From NCBI GenBank assembly GCA_963785725.1, contig CAWAWS010000003.1:256001-320000 (forward strand): a stretch of 64,000 bases of DNA, read 5' to 3'. Both the position numbers and the translations under genes were made by a program. The number at the start of each line of letters is the position of its first letter. Position 1 is the stretch's first letter. The stretch comes from an uncultured delta proteobacterium. Its GTDB lineage: Bacteria; Myxococcota_A; Polyangia; Palsa-1104. This document shows, in pieces, positions 28,054-37,700 of this stretch. The notes under the pieces are model-generated. The model was not told where the DNA came from. It was given only the letters and a program-made list of their open reading frames with translations, and ran no database searches.

Positions 28054-29577
28054 ATGTCGAACCCTCCATCCGCCGCGCGATTCGGGAGCTATTGGCTCAC
28101 GCGCTTCGTCCTCTTGCGGCTGCTCGGCTGCGTCTACGCCGTCGCCTTCTTGGCGGCCGCGCGCCAAGTGGTGCCGCTCATCGGCGCGCACGGCCTCTTG
28201 CCGCTCGACTCCTTCTTCGTCGAAGTCCAAAGCGCGCTCGGCTCGAAAGCGGCGGGCTTTCTGCGCATTCCGTCGCTGTTTTGGCTGGCGCACTCCGACG
28301 CGACCTTGCAAGTCGTCGCCTTTATCGGCTGCGCGCTCTCGTGTGTCGTCATCGCCGGCTACGCCAATGCGATCGTCATGACCGTCTTATGGCTGCTCTA
28401 TATGTCCTTCGTCCACGTCGGTCAGGATTGGTACGGCTACGGCTGGGAAATTCAACTGCTGGAAACGGGATTCCTCGCCATCTTCTTATGCCCGCTGCTC
28501 GACGCGCGCCCATTTAGCCCGCGCCCGCCGCCGCTCGTCGTCATTTGGCTCTTTCGTTGGCTCATCTTCCGCATCATGTTCGGCGCCGGTCTCATCAAGC
28601 TGCGCGGCGACGATGCGTGGCGCGATTTGACGGCGCTCTATTATCACTTCGAGACCCAGCCGATTCCCAATCCCCTCAGTCGCTGGTTTCATTTCCTGCC
28701 GCACTGGATCTTGCGCGCCGGCGTCGGCTTCAATCACGTCGCCGAATTGGTCGCGCCTTGGTTCGTCTTTCACCCGCGTCGCGCGCGCCATATCGCCGGC
28801 CTCATCATCGTCGCGTTTCAATCGACCTTGATCGTGAGCGGCAATCTTTCGTTCCTCAATTGGCTGACGATCGTCCCGGCGCTGGCCTGCTTCGACGACA
28901 GCTTTTGGTCCAAAGTCCTGCCGCGCGCGCTCGTCACGAGAATGACCGCGACCTCCGCGAACGCTGTCGCGCCCAGCCGCGCGGCGCGCTCGATCCGCTG
29001 GACGCTCGTCGCCGTCATCGGCGTGCTCAGCATTCAACCGATAGTCAACATGATTTCGTCGCGGCAGATCATGAATACGTCGTTCGATCCGCTCGATCTC
29101 GTCAACACCTACGGCGCATTCGGGACAGTCGGGCGCGAACGATTGAACGTCGTCTTCGAAGGCACCAACGGCGATCCCAATGACCCCAATTCGACATGGA
29201 AAGAATATCCTTATCGCGCGCTGCCGGTGGATATCGATCGGCGGCCGGTGCAAATCGCGCCTTATCAACCGCGGCTCGATTGGCAGATGTGGTTCGCGGC
29301 CATGAGCACGCCCGATCAATATCCGTGGACGCTGCATCTCGTGTGGAAGCTGCTGCACGGCGACGCGGGCGCCATTGGGCTGTTCGCGGCCAATCCGTTT
29401 CCCGACAAGCCGCCACGCCATATTCGCGCCGTCTCTTATCGCTACCGTTTTGCGCGGTCGGACGAGCACCATTGGTGGACGCGCGAACGGCTCGGGCTCT
29501 GGCTTCCCGCCATGTCGATCGACGATCCGCGGCTGCGCGACGCCTTGCACGCGCTCGGCTGGCTCGACGACAAGTAG
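28054..29577 (+). CDS. Lipase maturation factor family membrane protein
   Basis: GQDWYGYGWEIQLLETGF, GAGLIKLRGD, HFETQPIPNP, SGNLSFLNWL, APYQPRLDWQMWFAA. Confidence 0.95.
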   Translation: MSNPPSAARFGSYWLTRFVLLRLLGCVYAVAFLAAARQVVPLIGAHGLLPLDSFFVEVQSALGSKAAGFLRIPSLFWLAHSDATLQVVAFIGCALSCVVIAGYANAIVMTVLWLLYMSFVHVGQDWYGYGWEIQLLETGFLAIFLCPLLDARPFSPRPPPLVVIWLFRWLIFRIMFGAGLIKLRGDDAWRDLTALYYHFETQPIPNPLSRWFHFLPHWILRAGVGFNHVAELVAPWFVFHPRRARHIAGLIIVAFQSTLIVSGNLSFLNWLTIVPALACFDDSFWSKVLPRALVTRMTATSANAVAPSRAARSIRWTLVAVIGVLSIQPIVNMISSRQIMNTSFDPLDLVNTYGAFGTVGRERLNVVFEGTNGDPNDPNSTWKEYPYRALPVDIDRRPVQIAPYQPRLDWQMWFAAMSTPDQYPWTLHLVWKLLHGDAGAIGLFAANPFPDKPPRHIRAVSYRYRFARSDEHHWWTRERLGLWLPAMSIDDPRLRDALHALGWLDDK

Positions 29578-29630
29578 TTGGCGTCGTTGGTCACAGCGAC
29601 GCCTGCACACATGCACGCACCCATTAGCCG

Positions 29631-29793
29631 CTAGGGGCTGTTCTCAATCAGCTCCCGTCGCCAAGCTTGCTGCGGGCCGCGTCTGCTTCGTTGCTCATCG
29701 CTCAGTTACCGCCAGTAGCTTCGCTCTTCGCGCCTCGCAGCCGCGGCTCCTCGCGGCGCTTGGCTCGGTCCGCCAATTGAGAACAGCCCCTAG
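29631..29793. mobile_element. MITE-like element with 18-bp terminal inverted repeats
   Basis: CTAGGGGCTGTTCTCAAT ... ATTGAGAACAGCCCCTAG; non-coding and internally self-complementary. Confidence 0.8.
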
Positions 29794-29860
29794 TCGGAGG
29801 GCGCGCCGGCACGGTATCCTGTAGCCGGCCAGTCGACTCTTTGCGCCGGAGGAGAACGGA

Positions 29861-30253
29861 ATGGGAATCGAGAATCGCAAGACGCCGCGCTATCCCTATC
29901 GCGCGTCGCTGGAGATTCTGACGACGAAGGGGCCGGCGGCGGCGGAGACGGCGCGCGCGGTCAATCTGTCGACGGGCGGCGTCTGCTTCGAGCATCCGCT
30001 GGTGCTGTCGGCGAACGGCAAGATTCGCGTGCGTTTTCCCGCGCCCGAGCCATTCGAGGTCATGGCCGAGGTGCGCCACGCGACGCGCGTGAGCACCGAA
30101 GTCGGCGGCATGGAGCTCGATCCCATTTGGCTCGTGGGCGCGCAGTTCTGCAACGTCGACTACGCGCAGCAGCAGCGGCTCGAAAGCATGATGGCGGCGC
30201 TCGTCGCGGCCGCCGCCGGGCGCGACCTGCCGGACGGGGACGACGATCTGTAG
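29861..30253 (+). CDS. Stand-alone PilZ domain protein
   Basis: RKTPR (RxxxR) and NLSTGG ([DN]xSxxG) c-di-GMP motifs; VGAQF. Confidence 0.9.
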   Translation: MGIENRKTPRYPYRASLEILTTKGPAAAETARAVNLSTGGVCFEHPLVLSANGKIRVRFPAPEPFEVMAEVRHATRVSTEVGGMELDPIWLVGAQFCNVDYAQQQRLESMMAALVAAAAGRDLPDGDDDL

Positions 30254-30366
30254 CGCCCGCCGAGCGCGAACCCGCGCCGGCGTCTCTCAAAGATTCATTT
30301 CGGCGATGGACGCCAATGGCGGGCGCTAGCAGTGATGGCGGCGAGCGCACTCACGCGCCGTCATTG

Positions 30367-32073
30367 TTATGGGCAGAACGTGACCAAGAACTGCGTATCC
30401 GACGGGCAAGCGCGCAGGCCGTTGGCGTCGTCGTAAGAATAAGCATACGCGCTCGGGCACATCGAATGAACGGCCGCGACATAGCTCGTATGCGTGACCG
30501 AGCGCGGATCGGCGGTATTCCGGCAAGCGTCGGCGGTCATGCAGCCGTTGGCCACCGTGCATTGACCGGTCGAGGGATCGATCGGCGTCGGGCAGCACAT
30601 ATGCAATGCCGGATCGACGCTCTCGGATAAGCCCACGCCCCACGGCGCCGGATAGTTGAGCTTCTTGCACGGCGAAATGCAGCCGATGACGTTGCCGGCG
30701 CTATCGCGGACGCGCTCGTCTTCGGCGCTGTATTGCGGGAACGCGCCGCCCTCGGACAAGTTGTCGCCGCTCGGGCAGCCGTTGACGGACAAGGCCGAGC
30801 AGTCGGTGACGAGGCAGCCGTTCTGACCGGCGCCGTCGCCGACCGGCGTCACTTTGAACGGCAACGTATAGCCGTCGACTTGGCTGATGTTGTAGAACGT
30901 CGCCGCGCTGCCGCCGACGGCCGAATAGGTGACCTCGAACTTGGAGTCGATCGGCGGCTGGCAGCCGTTGGCCGGACAGGGAACGCCGCCGCCTTGACCG
31001 TTGTCGCCGATGGAGCAGTTGTGGCCAGTGCCGTCGCAGCCGAGCTTGGGCCAGAAACGCACGGCCGAGACGCCGGCGGCGGGAATGTTGTAGTCGTGCG
31101 ACGCGCCTTGGCCGAGCTCGATATTCTGCGCGTCGGTGACGGCGGTGTCGTGCGCGATCCAAATGTTCTGGCTGCAGTTGTTGGCGATACGCAGTCGCGT
31201 CGGTAAGGAGCCGACCGTGCCGCCGCCGCCGCCACCCGATGTGCCGCCGCCGCCGCCCGAGCCGCTCGTCGTGCCGCCCATCGAGCAGACCGCGCCCGTG
31301 TTGTTCTTGCACTGCGTATAAATGACTTGGCTCGGGTCATTGAAGCAGGAGCCGTCGGTCGGGCAGCAGTCATAACCGGTGGGGCAGTTGCATGCCGAGA
31401 GCTGCGAGCCGCTGCATTGACCGGTGGTCGTCGTGCCGCCGACTTTGCACGTCGCACCCGTGTTGTTGTTGCACTGCGTATAGACGACTTGGCTCGTGTC
31501 ATTGAAGCAAGAGCCGTCGGTCGGACAGCAATAATAGCCGTTGGGACAATTGCAGGCCGCGACTTCACTGCCGGTGCAGGCCGCGCCGTTGACGGTGCCG
31601 GTCGTCGTCGTGCCACCACCACCGCCGCCGGAGGTCGTGCTCGACGAACCCATCAAGCAGGTGGCGCTGGGATTGTTCGTACACTGTGTGTAAATGACTT
31701 GGCTCGTGTCATTGAAGCAGGAGCCGTCGGTCGGACAACAATAGTAGCCGTTGGGACAATTACAGGCGGACAACTGACTGCCGCTGCATTGCGCGGTCCC
31801 GGTCGTCGCGCCCATCTTGCAAGTGGCGCCCTGATTGTTCGTACATTGCGTGTAGATGACTTGGCTCGTGTCGTTGAAGCAGGAGCCGTCGGTCGGACAG
31901 CAATAATAACCGTTGGGACAGTTGCAGGCGGAGAGCTCGCTCCCGGAACAGGCGGCGCCGTTGACCGCGAGGCTGGCGAGCGCGGCAGGTTGTCCACTCG
32001 CCCTCGGCGCACTCGGAGCGCAACCGACCACTAAAGACAAAGCCATGGCCATTGCAATACGGTCTAGGGACAT
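30367..32073 (-). CDS. Thaumatin-family lipoprotein with four N-terminal 8-Cys repeats
   Basis: VVGC lipobox; IANNCSQNIW, RFWPKLGC, SKFEVT, FYNISQVDGYTLP, GCISPC, CPSAYAYSYDD, FLVTFCP; GGAGG RBS. Confidence 0.9.
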   Translation of the reverse strand: MSLDRIAMAMALSLVVGCAPSAPRASGQPAALASLAVNGAACSGSELSACNCPNGYYCCPTDGSCFNDTSQVIYTQCTNNQGATCKMGATTGTAQCSGSQLSACNCPNGYYCCPTDGSCFNDTSQVIYTQCTNNPSATCLMGSSSTTSGGGGGGTTTTGTVNGAACTGSEVAACNCPNGYYCCPTDGSCFNDTSQVVYTQCNNNTGATCKVGGTTTTGQCSGSQLSACNCPTGYDCCPTDGSCFNDPSQVIYTQCKNNTGAVCSMGGTTSGSGGGGGTSGGGGGGTVGSLPTRLRIANNCSQNIWIAHDTAVTDAQNIELGQGASHDYNIPAAGVSAVRFWPKLGCDGTGHNCSIGDNGQGGGVPCPANGCQPPIDSKFEVTYSAVGGSAATFYNISQVDGYTLPFKVTPVGDGAGQNGCLVTDCSALSVNGCPSGDNLSEGGAFPQYSAEDERVRDSAGNVIGCISPCKKLNYPAPWGVGLSESVDPALHMCCPTPIDPSTGQCTVANGCMTADACRNTADPRSVTHTSYVAAVHSMCPSAYAYSYDDANGLRACPSDTQFLVTFCP

Positions 32074-32623
32074 CTTGACCTCCGACTGTTCGGCGTTCGT
32101 CGGCAGCGGGCGCGCGCGGGCATGCATTCGCCGACGCAGCCGCACACGAGCAGCCAACGGACGCGGTTCGGCCGCTCGATGCGGCCCTCAACTCACGATC
32201 GCCGATCGAATGATCCGCCGATCGAACGGCCTGACGTTCCGGCGCGTGTTCTCGTATGGAGCGGCGCGCGCTCGTCCCATACTTCGAACGACGAACAATG
32301 TTTCACCAGCGTAAATATCAGTCAAACATTTTCGCAATCATGCATGAACACGCATAAACGCCGGAAAACAACGCGTCGCAGCGCACTTCGGCAATCCTCA
32401 ACGCTTATCGAATTCTGCGGAAATCGAACAAAGTCCGCGTTAGTCAGAGCGTCTCACGAGCGAGACAGCGACGAAGGACTCCGTTTGCTATGAAGCTTAC
32501 GAGCTCGAAAAGGAATGATGATCGAACGACATTCATTCGCCTGCGCGAGCGGTTTTTGCCGAGTGAAACGAGATCTATTTTGCGCGGACGGAGCGAGCCG
32601 CGATAGCGGCGTGAACGCGAACG

Positions 32624-33010
32624 CTAATGCTGCAGCCACTCGCAGAGCGCGATGGCGCCGATCATGGCGGGCGCGAGAATGGCCCAGCCGATGATGCGAA
32701 AGCGCCGCTCTTTGACGAGCGCGCGGTCGTCGGCGCGACCCATCGCCAAGATGATGCGCGGCTCGATCAGGCCGGGAATGCCCAGCGCCAAGCAGCAAAT
32801 GCCGGCGATGACTCCTTTGGGGCTGAATTTGTGCTCGTTCGTGATGTCGTACCACTCGAAGCCGCCTACGAGGGCGGCGAGGCCCACCACGAGCAAGGCG
32901 CGCAGCCGGCCTCGGCGTCGCACGATGCGCAGCGCCTCTTCGGGCGAAGCGAGCGACTGCAGCGGATCATTCGGCGTCGGCGTCATTTTCGGCGCGGGTG
33001 ACAGTGCCAT
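32624..33010 (-). CDS. Hypothetical membrane protein (3 TM)
   Basis: Three hydrophobic segments; GGAGG RBS. Confidence 0.65.
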   Translation of the reverse strand: MALSPAPKMTPTPNDPLQSLASPEEALRIVRRRGRLRALLVVGLAALVGGFEWYDITNEHKFSPKGVIAGICCLALGIPGLIEPRIILAMGRADDRALVKERRFRIIGWAILAPAMIGAIALCEWLQH

Positions 33011-33110
33011 TGCAGCGACCTCCATTTCATTCGCTTGCGACTATACTGATGGTCACTGTTCGACTGCGCTGCGTCAAGTGAGGCCGAGCACGCGTAAGGC
33101 GGGAATGCAG

Positions 33111-33398
33111 ATGGCGGACTATGGAATCGATTGGCTGGAGCGGCGAACGATGGCGCTCTTTGGCGCATCGGCGGCGCAGGCGCTCGCGATTCTCACCGAT
33201 GAAATGGCGGGAATACCGCGCGAATCCTTAGCCCGCGTGCGCGCGCAAATGGTGTGGCTGGCGAACGGCGATATGCCCGAGCTGCATCGGCGGCAAATGG
33301 ACGCGCGTCGCGATTGGCGCGATATCGAGAGCGAATATCAGTCGGAGGTTTCGCTCGAGCGTTCGCGCGTTCCGCCGAAGCGGAATTGGACTTTATAG
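33111..33398 (+). CDS. Small hypothetical protein
   Basis: RVRAQMVWLANGD...ARRDWRDI resembles a recurring small helical hypothetical family. Confidence 0.5.
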   Translation: MADYGIDWLERRTMALFGASAAQALAILTDEMAGIPRESLARVRAQMVWLANGDMPELHRRQMDARRDWRDIESEYQSEVSLERSRVPPKRNWTL

Positions 33399-33409
33399 CG
33401 GTACACATG

Positions 33410-33441
33410 AAAAAGCCCACCGCGCCGAGACGCGGTGGGCT
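33410..33441 (-). terminator. Rho-independent terminator of the peptidase gene
   Basis: 11-bp stem AGCCCACCGCG/CGCGGTGGGCT, 6-nt loop, T tract on the minus strand. Confidence 0.85.
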
Positions 33442-33465
33442 GCAGTGACTACGCGCGACTAAGGA

Positions 33466-35160
33466 TTACGCGCGACGACGACGATAGATCGAGAGGCCGA
33501 GCAGCGCGAGCATGAGCGGGAGGGCCAGCACGCCGTTGTTCGAGGGCGCGCCGCCGAGCGAGCAGCCGCAGCCGGTGTCGCCCGAGCCGTGCGAGCCGCC
33601 GCCGCCGGCCGCGCCGGTGCCGCCAGCCGCGCCGGTGCCGCCGGCCGCGCCCGTGCCGCCGGCCGAACCGGTGCCGCCAGCCGAGCCCGTGCCGCCGCCG
33701 TTGCCGCCGGTGCCGACCGGCTGCGACAGGTCGTCGCTGACCGCCATGTCGACGATGACCGGCTTCGCCATGTCGATGATGACCGGCGGGGTGGTCGTCG
33801 TCATGTCGGGACTGACCGCCATGTCCGGCGGCGTCGTCGACGAGACGCCACCGAGCTGCGCGAGCGCGGCCGCGTTCGGCGTGCCGATGCCGGTCTCGCC
33901 GTCCCAGCCCACGCCCGAGATGCAGAGCGCGGTCGTGCACGAGCCGTTGTTGTTGACCGAGCTGCCGACGACGTCCCAGTAGGCCGAGGTGTGCGCGTAG
34001 GGGAACGACGGGCCGACCTTGTTGTTGCCGGTCATGGCGTAGATGGCCGAGACGATTGGCGTCGCCGCGCTGGTGCCGCCGTAAACGCCCCAGTTCGTGA
34101 TGTCGCCCGTCGACGTGCCGCCGCCGGCCTCGTAAACCGCGACGCCCGTTTCCGGATCGCCGACGGCCGAGACGTCCGACGCCGCGCGGAACTTGCAGGT
34201 CGCGGTCGGGATGATGCTCTGGTAGGTGGGCTTGGCGATGTACTTCGAGCACGAGCTGCCGGCCGAGCCGTTCTTCGAGTCGACGCCCCAGGGCAGCTCG
34301 GTGTAGCCGCGCGCCGTCGTCGCGTCGACGGTCAGCGCCGTGCCGCCGACGCCCGTGACGTAGGCCGACGTGCTCGGGTACTGCGGCGACTTGCCACCCG
34401 AGTCGTAGCCGTCGTCGCCGGCGGCGCTGAAGATGCCGATCGTCTGCGCCGGCGTCTTGTAGTACTGGGTCTCTTCGCTGCTGATGGTGCTGTCCTCGGT
34501 GCCGCTCCAGCTGTTGCTGACGACGTCGGCGCCGAGGCTGGCGGCGGTCGCCTGCCCTTCGTCGAGGCTGTTCTGGTCACTCGAGTCGCCGAGGAGGAGG
34601 ATGATCTTGCAGTTCGGGCAGATGGCCGACACCATGTCCATGTCGAGCGCGGCTTCGCCGTTCCAGTTCTTGGTGTCGCTGCCCGACGGCACCGCGCCAC
34701 CGTTGGAGCCCTTGATCGTCAAGCAGCCGCTGGCGACGGTGCACGGCGGCAGGCCGTACATCGTGCGATAGGCCGCCAAGTCGCTCTCGGCGTTCGGGTA
34801 GCCGTTCAAGTCGACGATGGCGACCGTCTTGCCCACGCCCCACGCCGGGTCGATGCCGTAAGCCTTCTGCAGATCCGACGGACCGAAGCCCGAGGGCAGG
34901 CCGTTGGCGAGCGGTTTGATGTGGTGCGAGCCGGTGACCGGATCGACGAGGCGAACGGAGTTGCAGTGAACGCGCGCCGTGGGATCGCAGACGCGCTCAT
35001 GCGGCATGCCCTTCAAGTGAGCCACGGGATTGATATACGGAACCGCCGCCACGCCCTCGGCAAACGCCGGCACCGCCGCGCCGACGCCGACCGCGCCGAG
35101 TGAGAGCGACACGAACAGCGCTGCAACCTTCGAAGAATTCGCCACCACAGACCTGCTCAT
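33466..35160 (-). CDS. S53/S8-family serine peptidase with MYXO-CTERM-type anchor
   Basis: EAALDMD, VVSNSW, AAGDDG, YPSTS, SDVSAVGDP, GGTSAATP, GWDGETGIGTP; C-terminus GCGCSLGG...LALLGLSIYRRRRA. Confidence 0.92.
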   Translation of the reverse strand: MSRSVVANSSKVAALFVSLSLGAVGVGAAVPAFAEGVAAVPYINPVAHLKGMPHERVCDPTARVHCNSVRLVDPVTGSHHIKPLANGLPSGFGPSDLQKAYGIDPAWGVGKTVAIVDLNGYPNAESDLAAYRTMYGLPPCTVASGCLTIKGSNGGAVPSGSDTKNWNGEAALDMDMVSAICPNCKIILLLGDSSDQNSLDEGQATAASLGADVVSNSWSGTEDSTISSEETQYYKTPAQTIGIFSAAGDDGYDSGGKSPQYPSTSAYVTGVGGTALTVDATTARGYTELPWGVDSKNGSAGSSCSKYIAKPTYQSIIPTATCKFRAASDVSAVGDPETGVAVYEAGGGTSTGDITNWGVYGGTSAATPIVSAIYAMTGNNKVGPSFPYAHTSAYWDVVGSSVNNNGSCTTALCISGVGWDGETGIGTPNAAALAQLGGVSSTTPPDMAVSPDMTTTTPPVIIDMAKPVIVDMAVSDDLSQPVGTGGNGGGTGSAGGTGSAGGTGAAGGTGAAGGTGAAGGGGSHGSGDTGCGCSLGGAPSNNGVLALPLMLALLGLSIYRRRRA

Positions 35161-35198
35161 GTACCGGCTCCTTTAGCCCACGTGCTGCCCGCGGCCTG

Positions 35199-35214
35199 AG
35201 CAAGCGGCTCGCCA
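35199..35214 (-). promoter_or_regulatory. sigma54 -24/-12 promoter
   Basis: Minus strand TGGC-GAGCCGC-TTGCT upstream of the AAGGAG RBS of the peptidase. Confidence 0.7.
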
Positions 35215-35907
35215 ACTTCATGAAGTGGACGTTGACCGTTGATTCCGTGTGGATAGCGAACAGGCGCACAAAAGCCGATCGGGGCGAATGGCTACGTCGC
35301 GATCGCCGGCGTCGAAGCGACGCGACGGAATTCGCGCGCCCGCGGTTCCAGTAATCCGACGTTTTATGACGCGACGAGTTTTACGACGCGCAATCCAGCG
35401 TATATCGCATTACTAATTCGGCTTCAGTTGTAGGGAATTACGGGGATTGCGACGCGTGCGACAGGCGTAGCTGCACACGACAGTGTGCGATCGGCTGGGG
35501 AAAAAGCCCCACGAACGACGCGCGCGATCGAAAACGCGAGCTGGGGAAACTCGGGGCAGCGAGTGGAGTCACCACCTGCGTGACCTATCGTGCGCAGCTC
35601 GTCGTTGGCTCGGCGATCGGAGACATGAGTGCCGCAGGCGGAAAATGCGGGACGCGCCAATCGCGGCAACGCGGGACGCGCGGTCGCGCGCCCTGTCTCA
35701 TCCGCGAGGCAGCTGACGGCGGCGGTTGGCGATCGATCGGATCGGCGGTCGCGCGATCCGCAGTCGCGCGCTGAATTCCCGAGGATGGTGGGCTCGACAT
35801 CGACCCCCAGCCGCCCGCCCATCGTTATCGTCACGGCCGTCCAGAAGTTGCTACCGCCGCCGCTCCCGTCGCTCGCTGTTCGTCCGTGGACATATTCGCT
35901 ACCGTGT

Positions 35908-35923
35908 TTTGCAATCATGCAAA
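35908..35923. promoter_or_regulatory. Probable LysR recognition site overlapping the LysR start codon
   Basis: TTTGCA-ATCA-TGCAAA inverted repeat containing T-N11-A. Confidence 0.55.
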
Positions 35924-36804
35924 GCGCCATTCGCTTCGACGATCTGCGGCTCCTGCTCGTGCTCTCGCGCCAAGGCAGCTTCCTCGCCGCCGGTCGGCTG
36001 CTCGGGCTCTCGACCTCCACCGTCGCCCGCCGCCTGGCCGCGCTCGAAACCGCCGTCGGTCGCGCGCTCGTCGTGCGCTCGTCGTCGGGCACGGCGCTCG
36101 AGCCCGACGCCGCCGGCCTGGTCGCGCTCGCCGAGCAGATGGAGCTGGGCCTCGAAGCGCTGCGCCGCGACGACCCGGCGCAGACGTCGCGCCTGGCCGG
36201 CGTCGTGCGCATCAGCGCCAGCGAGGTCATGATGCCGCCCTTGACGCAGGTGATGGCGCAGGTGCGTCGCCAGCATCCCGAGATCGAGATCGAGCTCATC
36301 AGCGAGACGCGCCTGTCGGATCTGCTGCGCCGCGAGACCGACTTCGGCCTGCGCTCGGCGCGCGCGACGTCGAAGCTGCTCATCGAGCGCAAGCTGACGA
36401 CGATTCGCTTCGGCCTCTTCGCCGCGCAGAGCTACGTCGAGCGCCGGCTGCCGCGCGCGCGCCTGCGCCTCGTCGACGTCGCCCGGCAGGATTTCGTCGG
36501 CTACGAGGGCGAGATGCGCAAGTTTCTGCCGCATCGCTTCCTGACGAGCATCGGCGCCGCGCGCTTTCCCTTTCGCAGCAACTCGGACTTGGCGGTGCTG
36601 GAAGCCGTGCGCCAAGGCCAAGGCATCGCCCTCTTGGGTGAGCCGCTCGGTCGCGAACAGGGGCTGACGACGATCGACTTCGAAGGCGCGCTGCCGTCGG
36701 TGCCGCTGTATCTCGTCTACCATCCGTCGCTGCGGCGGGTGCCGCGCATGCAGGTCGTCGCCCGCGCGCTCGAGAGCGCGATCAAGGCGCGGCTCGGCGC
36801 CTGA
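35917..36804 (+). CDS. LysR-family regulator
   Basis: FDDLRLLL...GSFLAAGRLLGLSTSTVARRLAALE; DLLRRETDFGLR. Confidence 0.92.
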   Translation: MQSAIRFDDLRLLLVLSRQGSFLAAGRLLGLSTSTVARRLAALETAVGRALVVRSSSGTALEPDAAGLVALAEQMELGLEALRRDDPAQTSRLAGVVRISASEVMMPPLTQVMAQVRRQHPEIEIELISETRLSDLLRRETDFGLRSARATSKLLIERKLTTIRFGLFAAQSYVERRLPRARLRLVDVARQDFVGYEGEMRKFLPHRFLTSIGAARFPFRSNSDLAVLEAVRQGQGIALLGEPLGREQGLTTIDFEGALPSVPLYLVYHPSLRRVPRMQVVARALESAIKARLGA

Positions 36805-36862
36805 GGTCAACCGTGTGCGCCGGGCACTTCCCGCGTCGCGGCGATTCGGCATAATACGGCGA

Positions 36863-37684
36863 ATGTCGCGGATTTCGTCAGGTGCGCTCGTCGTGTGCGC
36901 GTGGGTCACCGGTTGCAGCCACGTCGCGCCGCCGGCGGCGCAGGCGCCCATCGCCGCGGCGCCCGTCGTCGCCACGCCCATCGCGCCCGCGCCGGCGTTG
37001 ACGAGCGAAGCCGACAAGACGCTCTATGCGCTCGGTCTCGTCGTCGGGCGCAACCTGAGCAACTTCGACATCACGCCGAGCGAGCTGCTGCTGGTCGAGC
37101 GCGGTATCCACGACGCCGCGCTGCGCGACAAGCCGCTCGTCGAGCTCGACGACTACGGCCCCAAGGTCAACAAGCTCGGTCGCGCGCGCTCGGAGGCGCG
37201 GGCCGCGCTCGAAAAGGAGCGCGGTCGCGTCTACGCCACGCGTCTCGCCGGCGAGCCCGACACGCAGCTGTTCACGAGCGGCCTCGTCTTGCGCACGCTC
37301 AGCGCCGGCAGCGGCGACACGCCGAACGACGGCGATCAAGTGAAGGTGAGCTATCGCGGTACGCTCGTCGACGGGACCGAGTTCGACAGCTCCTTCAAGC
37401 GCAACGAGCCGGCCACGTTTCCGCTCAGGAACGTCATTCCCTGCTGGACCGAAGCGCTGCAGCACGTGCGCGTCGGCGGGCGCGCGCGGCTCGTCTGTCC
37501 GTCGCACATCGCCTACGGCAATCAGGGGCGGCCGCCGACGATTCCCGGCGGCGCGACGCTGACGTTCGAGGTCGAGCTGCTCGAAATCGTCAAGGCGCAG
37601 TCGCCGCCGCCGCCGCCGGTCGCGAAGCCGAAGCTGCCGTCCAAGCCGCTGACGCCGCCGACCGCGCAGCCGGCCTGGAATTGA
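36863..37684 (+). CDS. FKBP-type peptidyl-prolyl isomerase (FkpA/Mip-like lipoprotein)
   Basis: LYALG; VKVSYRGTLVDGTEFDSS, VIPCWTEAL, IAYG, IPGGATLTFEVELL. Confidence 0.95.
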   Translation: MSRISSGALVVCAWVTGCSHVAPPAAQAPIAAAPVVATPIAPAPALTSEADKTLYALGLVVGRNLSNFDITPSELLLVERGIHDAALRDKPLVELDDYGPKVNKLGRARSEARAALEKERGRVYATRLAGEPDTQLFTSGLVLRTLSAGSGDTPNDGDQVKVSYRGTLVDGTEFDSSFKRNEPATFPLRNVIPCWTEALQHVRVGGRARLVCPSHIAYGNQGRPPTIPGGATLTFEVELLEIVKAQSPPPPPVAKPKLPSKPLTPPTAQPAWN

Positions 37685-37700
37685 CGACGCCGCCGCGCCG

